Shown here piece by piece: positions 42,101 through 54,732 of a stretch of DNA of 64,000 nucleotides. The first letter of the stretch is position 1; the number at the start of each line of letters is the position of its first letter. Origin of the DNA: Gordius albopunctatus (taxonomy: Eukaryota). A program made the position numbers and the translations under genes. The stretch covers positions 4,526,001-4,590,000 of the forward strand of contig OZ193909.1 in NCBI GenBank assembly GCA_964276515.1. Direction: 5' to 3'. The notes beneath the pieces were generated by a model. That model made no database searches. It was not told where the DNA came from and worked only from the letters and a program-made list of their open reading frames with translations.

Positions 42101-44651
42101 GTCCATAACTCAAAAAGTATTAGCCCAAAATGGCTCAAATTTTCAGAAGATGTTATTTCATATGAGGTCTAAATCCTCACAAAAAATTAGCCCTATCTGA
42201 GATGGTCGGTCGAAAATCGTCTTTTTTTTGACGAATCGACATGGAATATGTTAAACTATTCAAAAACGAAAAATTAAAAATTTCGATTTATCTGGCAAGT
42301 GGTCATTTTTTCATTGGTCAGTAGCCTGCGGACGGTCAAAAATTCATATTATCAATGGTATTAACAAGAACAATATATTAATTTAATTTAAAAAAAAATA
42401 AAAATTTTTGTCCTCTCCGGGTCTCGAACCATCAATTTAGAACGTTCGCCGGGATTCAAACCCACATTAAATAGAGGCATAAGCCTTTGGAGGGGAACAG
42501 GGAACCATATAAATAGAGCCATAGGCCCTTGTAGGGGAGGGCATAGGGTAATTATCAATGTTAAACTATTCAAAAACGAAAAATTAAAAATTTCGATTTA
42601 ACTGGCCAATGGTAATTTTTTTCAATTATCAATGTTAACTTATTCAAAAACGAAAAATTAAAAATTTCGATTTATCTGGCCAGTGGTCATTTTTTCATTG
42701 GTCAGTAGCCTGCGGACGGTCAAAAAGTCATATTATCAATGGTATTAACAAGAAAAAAATATTAATTTAATTTAAAAAAAAAAAATTTTGTCCTCTCCGG
42801 GTCTCGAACCCGCAACCTCCAGGTCGGGAAGCTGGTGTAAATAACTTGGTGGACGGACGGACGGACAACCAAAAACGAGCCCATAAATTGCATAGCAATT
42901 AAAATTAGAGTTAACTGCAATTGTTAAGTGATTTAAAACCCATAAATAACTCTGGTAGATATATATTGTGGACGTTATTTTATCTTGTTACAATTTAATT
43001 ACATATCTACATTTTTTGATATACGAAAAATCCAAAGTAAAAAATGAATAAATTTTACATTACGTATCAAATAAAATAAATGAGCTTTCGAATATTTACT
43101 AAAAATTCTAGAGTTCGATAACTTAACGAGAATATACGTTTTAACAATCGGTGTAGTCAGAGGGAGCGCCAAATTAATAGGATTTTGAAATTTTAGCCAT
43201 AATTATATCAAATTTTAAAGAAGGATTGGATCTAGAGGGGTGCAGTCGCCCCTCCTTGCCCCCCCCCGGCTACGGCCATGATAACAAGCCTTTCGAAACG
43301 TATTTCTTCGAAGTGGGGAAGGTGACTGAGGAGAGTAAAGGATTATTCAAAACAAAACGCATTCGAGATGCTCCATTTCTGAGATTTTTTTCGAATTACG
43401 TGAAACTTACCAGGCAATTCATATGAAAAAATTTAAAAGATAATATATAACCAACAATTTGTGAAGACAGCTTTAAGCAAAAGTGATTTGTGTGATATTT
43501 TAAATTCAATTTTTACAGAATAGAGGCAAAAGTATGTTGATATTTATTTAAAATTTGGGTAAACAAACCTTTAAGGGAATTTAAAGCTTTAATGTTAAAT
43601 AAGCCATAAAGTTTGAGAGGGGGGTTGTTTATTGTATAATAGACCCTCAATTAATGTAAAAATTTTGAATTTAAGTAAATATTTATTTTATGTAAAAGAT
43701 ATTTAAAACATAATCTATCAATTAGCATTAAAAAAATTTGCAAAAACCCCCAATATGAAAATTTCCATACAAATTTATAAAATGTGAGCAACACTAAAAA
43801 CAGTGATTTTTAAGATATATTAATTTAAAAAACATAAGCAACCCCATTTTTATGTGTAAATTGTATCTCAAATCCTTTTGTTTATGCTTGTTGAAAATAT
43901 GCATATGTATAAATGGATGAAATATGTTAAATGCTATATTAAGAATGACTCAAGCTACTATGCTTTAGGCCATTTTACATATCTTTTCTTGAAACATATT
44001 TATGTAAACATAAAATAAACAAAGGTTAACAAAAAAGGTTGTTTGAAAGACAAGAAAATCTTATTTATTTTGAGATTCAGCATTTAGAAATAAACATAAA
44101 TTATATCCTAATTTAATAAATGCTTTTTTAGAAATAAATACCTTTTCTAATTGACTAACTTGTAAATTCAGTGGTCACAATTATAATTTGAAAACTAATA
44201 ATTTAATATATAATGAAATTATTAAAAATTATTATAAGTAAAAGTTAAATGTAAACCTTAAGTTGTGGTTATAAAATTAAAAGTTCTTAAAATATATGAA
44301 TTATAATGTGTTAATTTTATTTTAAAATAGCCTTCAAAATTTATGAATTGTGAGGTCCAAATTCCATTATCTATACTTAAAGGTAATTATATTTTAAAAA
44401 TAATAGGCTATAATTTTCTAATAATTAAATATTACTTTATGGACGCTTGATGGATCAATTTGCCAAGCCTGATACATTTCTTCAATATAAACGCTTGAAT
44501 TGCCATTTAAAAAGGGCTCTGCAAAAGCTGATGATGAATATTTAGAGGTTCCACTTAAGAGGAAGCATAATGGATTATTTTTAATCAGCTTGCGTCCAAA
44601 TCCATTTATATTATATAATAACGAGGGTGATGCGCGAATTAAACAATCCAT
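21206..44651 (-). CDS. OGDH: Mitochondrial 2-oxoglutarate dehydrogenase E1 component, at least 23 exons
   Basis: Ordered minus-strand exons encode [17 protein letters not shown] (44651-44436), SWDAFF (37196), [12 protein letters not shown] (35641), [80 protein letters not shown] and [10 protein letters not shown] (21885-21731). The last exon is 21341-21206 and ends ...YYESPL*. Confidence 0.97.
23285..23435. mobile_element. hAT-like MITE (TAGTG family) in an OGDH intron
   Basis: Imperfect TIRs tagtgtagtaaaacggctgg ... ccagccgtttttaaaatacta. Confidence 0.6.
34329..34720. mobile_element. Diverged solo arm related to the long-TIR transposon at 39624-42248
   Basis: Shares ordered blocks (gaggattt, cattttggg..aatacttt, ccaaaatcacgct, tgtattttaatcc, attctctatc) with the inverted arms of that element. 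Boundaries are approximate. Confidence 0.6.
35756..35950. mobile_element. hAT-like MITE (TAGTG family)
   Basis: tagtgttgcaaaa ... ttttacagcacta, flanked by ctccgttg and ctccatcg (6 of 8 identical), a decayed 8-bp TSD. Confidence 0.7.
36086..36122. repeat. (TA)n microsatellite abutting an OGDH splice acceptor
   Basis: Uninterrupted TA run next to the AG at 36084-36083 on the minus strand. Confidence 0.95.
37251..37420. mobile_element. Foldback hAT-like MITE (TAGTG family)
   Basis: Termini tagtgtcgtaaaaacggctgg / ccagccgttttacaacact, with an internal perfect 20-bp inverted repeat at 37310-37329 and 37345-37364. Confidence 0.7.
38561..42900 (-). mobile_element. Non-autonomous Helitron/Helentron-like (DINE-1/HINE-type) element with internal tandem repeats, interrupted by a nested transposon
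   Basis: 18-bp inverted repeat at 38659-38676 and 42881-42898. A (GTCC)n microsatellite lies near the minus-strand 5' end (about 42851-42866), and tandem repeats of about 110-125 bp span about 38810-39470. A 3' hairpin gggcc-gaa-ggccc is followed by CTAA (CTRR) at 38564-38561. Confidence 0.55.
39624..42248 (-). mobile_element. Long-TIR DNA transposon deletion derivative, superfamily uncertain
   Basis: Inverted arms of roughly 450-600 bp (39624-about 40220 versus about 41690-42144), near-identical apart from deletions. They enclose minus ORFs 41468-41259 (CCNP..H..LCDVCR, zinc-finger-like) and 41214-40492 ([10 protein letters not shown]...KGILSTP fused to GYVACRY..WWLA..LHPNGP). No DDE core is visible. 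Confidence 0.8.
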
Positions 44652-45872
44652 TTTAAAATTTTATAAATTCAAAGGCCATATAATTTTAAAATCCGGCTTA
44701 AGCTAGAGATCAATGACGACAAGTTGGTGGGTGTGTCAAAAATTTTATCGAAAATAAAAGATGGAATGAAATTAAGGGTTAAATCAAATTACGTGTTTTT
44801 AAACTTGTCATCTAGTCAGAATTTTAACCTCTATTATCAAGGAAAATTTTATTGCATAGAAAGTGCAAAATATTTAATAATTTATACTAATTTGCTTCTG
44901 AATTACAAGAGATATTTCAAAGTAAATTCACAGAGACGATACTTGTATTGGATACAAAAACTATGCAATATAATTTATTATGTTTTACTAGACAATGGTG
45001 TAGGCAGGATTACTTCAAGGGGGAGGGGTTTCAAAAAATTAGGATAAACAATACTATTAAACAAAATTTTTATAATTATCCATCAGAGGCTTAGGTAGGA
45101 GAGCCCAAAGGTGAAGGAAGTGGATTTTGTGTATTTTGATTAAACAAAAATTATTTATACACTTAGGGTTTTAATAAAAAAACATTAATAATATCATCAG
45201 TAATATGTTTGTAAATATAGAGCATTTACACGTAATTATTTAAATTTTGTGACCATATTTATCCTGTGGTCTTTTTCCAAGGACACAACTTGCAAAGAGC
45301 TCCTTTTAAATCTCTATATATGCAAACCAGAGGCAATGTTTGAACTAGAGTTCTTAAATATGAATGCTTAGACTGAAATCCAGAATGGCAATATAGTATC
45401 TTTCGGGAAGTGTACATATACCAAGATATATTAATAAGATACATGCCGCGGGCAGAGGTATCTATATTGGAATTGCAATCGGTCATCAACTAAACCGGTA
45501 AGCGGTGGTGAGAACGTTGGTAGTAGGTGTCATTGTTTTTCCGAACGTAGTCTTTGCTCGTTGCAAGAGGCCATGTGGTGTTGATGTTGAGATGAGTTTT
45601 GTGATTAGGGCCATGCGCAGCAGTGGACGGGCGTTCGACAGACGTTGTTGTTGTCTGTGTAGAGGTGTAGTAGAGCATCATGTTTTTCCTCGTAGAAACA
45701 CACAGGTAGGTAGGCAACTTGTCACAGCAGTCAGACACGTATTGCTAGAGGTGTTAAGAGGTTGAAGTTTTGTTGCAGCTCGATCGTGGATGCCGGATTG
45801 CCAAAAATAGTGCCTAATATTTAAGGGCGTATTCAGGGGGAGTTTTTAAAAAAAATATATGGCTCCCCCGAA

Positions 45873-46085
45873 CGGGGTCACCAATTTCGGGAAGTGTATA
45901 TATACCAAGTAATGTAATAAGTGTTTTATTAAATATCCAAATAAAAGATCAAGTGCTCTTTGAGAAAAATAAGTGCGTTTATATAATCGCGCATTAATTG
46001 AATAAAAAATTACATTTAGTGTTTAGTCCTCGAGGTGTTTGTGATTGGTCAATTAACGTCGCGAGGTAATGGACGCAACGCTACA
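45873..46085 (-). mobile_element. Short LTR (46085-45885) with a tRNA-Trp primer-binding site (45883-45873)
   Basis: The minus strand starts TGTAG and contains CCAAT, TATATAAA and AATAAA in order. It is followed by TGGTGACCCCG, the start of the tRNA-Trp PBS known from avian leukosis virus. The LTR end motif recurs at 45401-45425. Confidence 0.7.
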
Positions 46086-46883
46086 TATCTTTTAAACTTA
46101 GTGTCACATTTCTATTACTTTTATTGTTGACACATTGGTAAGTAATATATGTATTGTCTAAATCCAAACTATAACAATTAGTTTAGCCATTTTAATATTA
46201 TCCCATATATGGGAGATTTAGCCTTTTTGAAATGAGCAAGTCATATAAAATCAAAAAAAAATAGAATAATATATCAGTGCTTATTTTTTTTCTGACGGGT
46301 GTGATTATAGATTTATTCCATTAAAGTTTGCAGAGTCAGAGTCTGCAAAGATGATTTTATATCCAAATTCCACGCCAAATGTGATTGTTATATTTAAGAA
46401 ACCAACATGACCTGAAAATTATTTTTTTTATTGGAGCGAGCCCTTTACGACGCGATCTGATTTTAAGTTTTAACCCAAACCTCCCCCCCCTACCTTTTTT
46501 TAATATCCAAGATAATAAATCTAGAAATATCTTTGATGCAACAACATCAAAAATAGCTTATTTAAATTATGTTTGGCAAAAATGTGAAAAGGTGCGGCTC
46601 GGCAAATTCAATTTGTTCAGTTTAAACCCAACTCCACGCAAAATTTAAAAATATGAATCTGAATCGGTGCAGATAATGGTATCAGATGACTTGTTTGACT
46701 TTTAGTGGAATAACATTTAAAAATTATCAAATTATTCTCAAGACAAATATATATGTAAATTAATAATAATATTAAGAATGATATTTTAATATCAAGATAA
46801 AATTTCAGCCCAAGCCCTTAATCTATTTAGCAGGGACAACAAACTTTCAAAAACATTTAACTCTCTTGGGACTTTACAACTCT

Positions 46884-49055
46884 GGCTTTAATAAAAAACT
46901 AAAATTATTATAAAGTTATAAATATATATATTGCTATGTTGTATATTATATATTGCACAGTCTATGATCAGAACTCATTCTAAGCCTATAAATTTGTAAT
47001 ATTTAATATCAGAACTCATTCTAAGCCTATAAATTTGTAATATTTAATAATGCTATGGATTTAAATATGTGATAAAGATATTATAAAATTATTCACATAC
47101 CCTAAGGGTCAACAATACTTAGGTAAATGTTCCAAAAAATATAATATTTACAGGAATTTTTTTAATGTCAAATATACTCCATATGTATTGATTTACACTT
47201 AATACCTTAAATGTAAATCATGTAAATTAAAATACACAATAATTTACTAAAATCTAACGAAAAAAAGTCGATATCTCGCCGAAAAAATCTCGGTTTTTAC
47301 GATTTGAAACATTAAATCAAAGTCATTTTTTGCTTATTTTTCATGTCAATTATTATTATAGGCATAGACTGTCTATGATTATAGGATAGTCGTGTCCCCT
47401 CCTGCGTGGCTAAATAAATTAAAAAAATCTCATTTTATCATTTTTTGCGCGTTAAATAAGGAGAAAAATGAAAATACTTTTAACAAAGTGCCAATAAATG
47501 TTGATATATCTCAGTTCTTAATTAAAAGTTTTATTCAGAAACAAATAATTATAATTATGATATTGTTTCTCAATTACAAAACTCATAATGGCTAATATTA
47601 GTAAAAATGGTAACATGCAATATTAGTGATCAGGACTTTAGAGTGCATCCTTTATAGTTATATATTTTGAAGGGAGTTTTTAAATAACACAGCTTGTTTA
47701 TTTGGGTGGATTAAATGGTAAGCACATTATTAACTTAATAGAGTAATTTTTGAAAATTAAATGTAAGGCAGTGGTGAATAACTTAGAATAAACTTAATGT
47801 AAAATAAGTTAAAAGGAAATTTTTTGTAATATATAAGAAATCTAAATTCAAATGATATATCATAAGAATCAAAATTATGAAAATCATTTTTATTAATGGA
47901 TCCGGATAATTTTTTCCCTGTCATGTTTACAATATTTATATATTAATTGTACAATAAGCAATTAAATTATATAGTATTTGGAATTAACGCTTGAACCTTA
48001 CAATAAAAATACTGTATGTAAAATTATAACATATTCAACATGATAGGAGATAGAAAAAATATTGCTATGCTTACTCAATGCTATATAAACAAATGTAATA
48101 CAAGTGTAATGATATCATTAGGTTTTCACATATGAAAAATCGAAATAGATATATCTTTATTAAACATTATTTACACGTTTAAGCAATACTTGTGTATCAT
48201 ATAATCAAGCTACATAGCACAAAACATTATACATAATTAAAATAGATTACATCATGTACATAAAACATTTTGCATTTTATTCAAAAGTATTATTAAATAA
48301 AAATTTAAATAAATTTTGTAAGATTATAATTTTACAAAATTAAATGCTACTATTGATATTCAATCAATTGATATTATGGGACTTTTTGTATACCCTTTTT
48401 CCCAATAAGAGATTTATGTATATGAGGAATGACACCTAAAATTTTAAGTATATAAAATAAGAGATTTAATATTACCTCCTCCAGCAATAGTTGCTTTAAT
48501 TAAAGAGTCCAATTCTTCATCCCCACGTATAGCTAACTGTAAATGACGAGGGGTTATCCTTTTTACTTTCAAGTCTTTACTAGCATAAGTTTTTGTTTAA
48601 GATCCTACACTTTTAAATATTAAATAGATGGTATTTTATAAGCTTTAGCTTTCTGATGGGTTTCTTTTTCTTCTAATCTAAAATGTTAAATTTCTGTCGT
48701 ATATGTGAATACGTGAAAGAAGAATAGTTTAATTTAGTATAACTTTTATTTGTATATCATTTCCTACAGATTATATTATTGCTATAATTAAATATTTTAA
48801 TATTGTAAGCCAAAGACGAGTTGGTAAAAACCAGATGTTTTCATCTTTTTATTTTCTTTTGTCTTAAAAACTTTGTTTTATATATACTGTATGTCTCCTC
48901 CCCTGGCCCTTAATAAATCTTTATCATTTTATATTTATTAATATCTTTATTCTTAATAATTTCCTATTTCCAAGGTTTTAGGCTTTAATAAAAAACTAAA
49001 ATTATTATAAAGTTATAAATATATATATTGCTATGTTGTATATTATATATTGCAC
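46884..49055. repeat. 75-bp perfect direct repeats flanking the H2A.Z duplicate
   Basis: 46884-46958 is identical to 48981-49055. Confidence 0.92.
46959..48586 (-). pseudogene. Near-identical duplicate of the H2A.Z 3' region (part of exon 4, intron 4, exon 5 and downstream DNA)
   Basis: Matches 53363-54945 with only a handful of differences plus a 41-bp tandem duplication (46967-47007 and 47008-47048). The coding remnant is 48586-48374; exons 1-3 and the promoter are absent. Confidence 0.95.
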
Positions 49056-50214
49056 CTAGTCTGCTAGCTACATAATCTAACTACTTAAATTAAAATTTTT
49101 ACCAAGCCTATGTATTCAGGTGTAATGACAAACCCTCCCCCTAAAAATAACTTTAACAACGGTTTGTATTTTATTTCGTTTTTTGTTTTGCCATGTTGGC
49201 TTAAAACATTCAAACGCCTTGAATTAACTAATAAATTTTGACTTAATTTAACTCAATAATTTCTGTATAATAATAATTAGGCTATGTAACTTCGCAAACT
49301 GTTGACAATTAAACCAAATATCTAAATTATTTTAGCTAATGTTTTAACTGTCTGAAAATGATATGTATAACCAATCTATGGTTTATAATGTGGTCCTTAG
49401 ACTATGAGAAAAGATGGCTAAACATTATATCAAGGTTGCCATTTTTGAACATAAATTCTTATTATTGCAGCGAGTTTACAAAGCGGAGTATAGATATCCT
49501 TTTATTTTATATAACATTGTAAGAAAAAATATAGAAACAGACACTTAAATTGACCAAAATTCATATTAAACAAGAAAGGCATTATAATAGTATATCTAAA
49601 ATATTTTCGAATATAATCAAAAAGTGTTTTGTCTTATTTATCGATGCATCTCCACAAATTAATATTTATCTTTAAACAACCACATAAATTTCGTAAAATG
49701 AAATCCTACAAAAATTTCGTAATTAAATGCGATTTAGTTAATAAGCGAGTAAAATTAGTTCTTAGTTACTAATCTGATGCATTATATTTTTATTTAATGG
49801 CAAATTTTATAAAATCTCTAAGATATAGTTAGATTTTAAAGTTCATAAGTTTATTTATACATCAAATATTAAAGCTTTGCAATATGATTAAATACTCGAA
49901 TATCAGACTTCCTCTTTGATGATTTAAGTTAAATTATTATTATTTAAAATATAACTTTAAACATATAGATTAATATTGGTTTTATAAGATATATTTATCG
50001 AGTTATCTCGTCATGTTATCAACTATCCGAAAAAGTGGTCATATAAAAATTTTATATTAATTTTTACAATTGTGTTTTGAAAAATAATTGAAAGATTTAG
50101 ACGCATATAAAATTGTTAATGATGGTCGTGTGGTATAGTAAACTCCTGTTTAAAATAATTTAAACACACCTCTTGTGGTTAAAACTTAAATTTTGGAAAT
50201 GAAAAAAAGTATAA

Positions 50215-52140
50215 ATCTTCTTTATCAGTTATTTGGTCCCACATTCGTGATCTTGAGCGGGTGAGTTCCATGTCTTGACTAATCTCTTTAGTTTCCATAA
50301 CTTAATCGACTTGTCCTTTCCACGTGACACGGGGTCGTCCTCTTCCTCTCTTCCCCGGTACCTCCATGTCCAGTACTTTTCGATTTACGTCTTCCGTATC
50401 CCTCCTTAGTATATGCCCATACCACCTTAGGCGATTTTATTTAATAATGTCCGTTGAATATCCATTTTTGTGATGAGAAAGTCATTGGTCATATGGTCGA
50501 GCTTAGTATAATACCCCAAGCTCCACCGTATCATTCTCATCTCTGTGGCTTGTAATAGCTTTCCTTGCGTGGTGTTTAATGCCCATGTTTCACTTAAATA
50601 GAATAACGCCGGTCTTACGATGGATTTGTAAGCTTTGCTCTTCAACCATATTGGCATTTTCTTGTTGCACATTACACCGGATATACTTTGCCATTTAAGC
50701 CATCCTTTTTGAATCCGGGCATTGATTTCAGTTGCGCAACCTCCCTCTTGATGTAGCATAGAGCCGAGGTAAGTAAACCTGTCTACTTTTGGGTACTTTA
50801 GGTGGTCATCCAGTGATGGGGTGCTTGTACCGTTCATTTCCATGTATACCGTTTTTCGATCGTTGACCTTTAAACCATATCCAGCTAAGCGCTTTGACCA
50901 CTTTTCTGCTTCTTCGAATACCTTCTCCCTTGTTTCCTCACATAGTACTATATCATCGGCATATAGCATACACCATGGCGATGGCTTTCGAAAGTCCCTC
51001 GTTATCGTGTCTATAATTATATTAAATAAAAAGGGGACTTAAAGCAGAGCCTTGATGTAATCCAATATTAACCCGAAAAGGTTTAGAGTCTCCAAATGTC
51101 GTCCTAACGCAAGAGTTTGAGGCTTCATAGATATTTTTCATAAGCCGTATATATGCGTCAGGGATATTTTGTTTCCTCAGGCACCACCATATTAAATCGC
51201 GAGGGACCGTGTCATAAGCTTTCTCCAAGTCGATAAAAACCATATGTAGGTCTTTCCTCTTTTCACCATACTTATCCATCATTTGTCTTAGGGCGAAGAT
51301 TGGGTCGATTGTGGATTTTCCGGCCACGAATCCGAATTGATTAGTCGATATTTCCACCTCGTTTTTCAGCCTTGTTACTAGGATTCTTTCCATAAGCTTC
51401 AAGGAGTGACAAGTTAGCTTGATACCTCTGTAATTGCCGCAGTCCTGAGGGTCTCCTTTTCCTTTGAATAAGGACATAATCGTGCTTGCTCTCCATTGAT
51501 TAGGGATTCGCTCTTCTACCAATATCTTGTTAAGGAGGTTCGTCATGGTGGTGACTCCTTCTTCATTTGGGCCATTTGCTTTTCCTTTTTGCATCTTGTT
51601 CATTTGTGTCCTAACTTCATCCTTCTGAAAGAGTTCGACCATACTTATATTTGGCTCAATTTCGAAAAGGGAATCCTTTTCATTTGCAATATTCATAAGT
51701 TTCTTAAAATATCCTTTCCACCTTTCCTTAACTTCCTTCGGCTTGAATAAGGTTTGACCCTTCTCGCTTTTGACTATTTTAAGAACTCAGACATCTCGAC
51801 TTTTCTTCTCCCTTATCTTGGCCAATTTGTACATAAGCCTATCGCCCACTTTATGATCCAGTTTGTTTGCCATCTCGGTGTACGCAGCATTCTTCGCTTT
51901 TGCAACGGCCTTTTTTGCGGTCCTCTTTGCGTCCCTGTACTCTTGATAATCCTCCGACTTTTTTGATTTATGCCACCGTCTATATAGATTTTTCTTTATT
52001 TCGATGAAATCTTTAACCGATTGATCCCACCACCATAGTTCCCTATTCATAGCTTTGCCTCCTTTGGTCTGTCCTAGAACACGAATCGCTGTTTCCTTAA
52101 TGTCCTTAGATAACGTCTCCCAATCGTCGTCTACGTCCCT
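50215..52140 (-). mobile_element. 5'-truncated, decayed RTE-clade LINE
   Basis: Fragments read ELWWW, DCGNYRGIKL, QFGF, FIDLEKAYD, GLHQGSALSP, MLYADD, FTYLGS and ETWA, with stops and frameshifts. The 3' end has a short GAAGA tail. Confidence 0.93.
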
Positions 52141-52501
52141 TTTAGTGTTTCGACCTCGAAAACAAAATCTCGATCTCGTCTCGACTTTTTAAAAAAAAAT
52201 ATACGGAATAAAAATTTCTCCCGTTTTATTGAAATATTAAACAAGTGTTAAAAAATTAAAATGGCAACATTTTATATTTTTTGAAAAACCTTAATACGCA
52301 AACTTTTTAAAGATTTAGTGGGACCCACATCTCATTCACAATATAAAAACATTAATTCATTCATAAAAATAACATTTTCTATGGAAAGTGCAGACTAAAA
52401 AACTATGATTAAATTTGAAGTATAGAAAATTAAATTTTATTGTTCTAGCAAATTTTAACATTTGTATCATATCACTGTGTTTGTCAAATATAAATAGACT
52501 T

Positions 52502-52771
52502 CAGGCGCGTAGCCAAGGGGGCAGAAAATTCTGCCCCCTTGACCAACATTTGAATTTTTTTTTGAAGGTCCATGTCCTTTTTTAAGGTATAAAATGGATA
52601 GTAATTGCTCTGATTAATGAAGAGAGAAGATTTTTCCAAAGCTGGTTATATAGCGCCTTGAAGTTTCGCATATATTGTAAGCGAAGTTTACTTTTGTTGC
52701 ATTATAAATAAAAATATCAAAAATATTTTGAATTTTTCTTCCCCCTTGAGAAAATCCTAGCTACGCGCCTG
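52502..52771. mobile_element. hAT MITE
   Basis: TIRs caggcgcgtagc / gctacgcgcctg and a perfect 8-bp TSD atagactt (52494-52501 and 52772-52779). Related ends occur near 36481, 43150 and 60906. Confidence 0.9.
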
Positions 52772-54732
52772 ATAGACTTAGAAAACAATAAGTTAGGTTA
52801 TAGTTGACTTAGTTGCACAATTGAGCAAATGAGACCCTTTATTAACTCTGGCTAAAGCTTCACAGTAGACCTTAACATATTTAAGGCATACAATTAAGTC
52901 CATTAGTACCATCCTTAATTATAGCTCATGGTGTTTATTGCATGTTTATTATAGCGTTATAAACCACAATGTGCAAGTAACTTTTAATGATAATATTATT
53001 ATTTACAGAATTGATAACTAGATGCACATATAAAAACGGGTAGAAACAACAATAAAAGCATTATTATTATAGGATTAGGAATATGAGGTTTTAAACTCTA
53101 AATTGCACGTATTTAAATTTATGACAAAAATCATTAAAATTAAATTTATATTCCAAATAATTATCTTCCAATTCTAACTAACTTTGACATTAAATAGTTA
53201 TTTATCAAATATAGTTGAAGCATAAAACTTCTAGAAAACTCATTCTTAGATTTAATCTATTGCGGTGTCATTAAATAATCTATTGTACTTTTGAAATCGT
53301 TAAGCGGGTGCTTAAAAATCTCGAGCCACCTTGGCTTAACTAGTTTAATTATTCAAACTAATAGTCTATGATCAGAACTCATTCTAAGCCTATAAATTTG
53401 TAATATTTAATAATGCTATGGATTTAAATATGTGATAAAGATATTATAAAATCATTCACATACCCTAAGGGTCAACAATACTTAGGTAAATGTTCCAAAA
53501 AATATAATATTTACAGGAATTTTTTTAATGTCAAATATACTCCATATGTATTGATTTACACTTAATACCTTAAATGTAAATCATGTAAATTAAAATACAC
53601 AATAATTTACTAAAATCTAACGAAAAAAAGTCGATATCTCGCCGAAAAAATCTCGGTTTTTACGATTTGAAACATTAAATCAAAGTCATTTTTTGCTTAT
53701 TTTTCATGTCAATTATTATTATAGGCATAGACTGTCTATGATTATAGGATAGTCGTGTCCCCTCCTGCGTGGCTAAATAAATTAAAAAATCTCATTTTAT
53801 CATTTTTTGCGCGTTAAATAAGGAGAAAAATGAAAATACTTTTAACAAAGTGCCAATAAATGTTGATATATCTCAGTTCTTAATTAAAAGTTTTATTCAG
53901 AAACAAATAATTATAATTATGATATTGTTTCTCAATTACAAAACTCATAATGGCTAATATTAGTAAAAATGGTAACATGCAATATTAGTGATCAGGACTT
54001 TAGAGTGCATCCTTTATAGTTATATATTTTGAAGGGAGTTTTTAAATAACACAGCTTGTTTATTTGGGTGGATTAAATGGTAAGCACATTATTAACTTAG
54101 AGTAATTTTTGAAAATTAAATGTAAGGCAGTGGTGAATAACTTAGAATAAACTTAATGTAAAATAAGTTAAAAGGAAATTTTTTGTAATATATAAGAAAT
54201 CTAAATTCAAGTGATATATCATAAGAATCAAAATTATGAAAATCATTTTTATTAATGGATCCGGATAATTTTTTCCCTGTCATGTTTACAATATTTATAT
54301 ATTAATTGTACAATAAGCAATTAAATTATATAGTATTTGGAATTAACGCTTGAACCTTACAATAAAAATACTGTATGTAAAATTATAACATATTCAACAT
54401 GATAGGAGATAGAAAAAATATTGCTATGCTTACTCAATGCTATATAAACAAATGTAATACAAGTGTAATGATATCATTAGGTTTTCACATATGAAAAATC
54501 GAAATAGATATATCTTTATTAAACATTATTTACACGTTTAAGCAATACTTGTGTATCATATAATCAAGCTACATAGCACAAAACATTATACATAATTAAA
54601 ATAGATTACATCATGTACATAAAACATTTTGCATTTTATTCAAAAGTATTATTAAATAAAAATTTAAATAAATTTTGTAAGATTATAATTTTACAAAATT
54701 AAATGCTACTATTGATATTCAATCAATTGATA

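Noticed and set aside
48374..48586. Second functional H2A.Z gene
   Set aside because: Lacks exons 1-3, the start codon and the promoter; truncated within exon 4.
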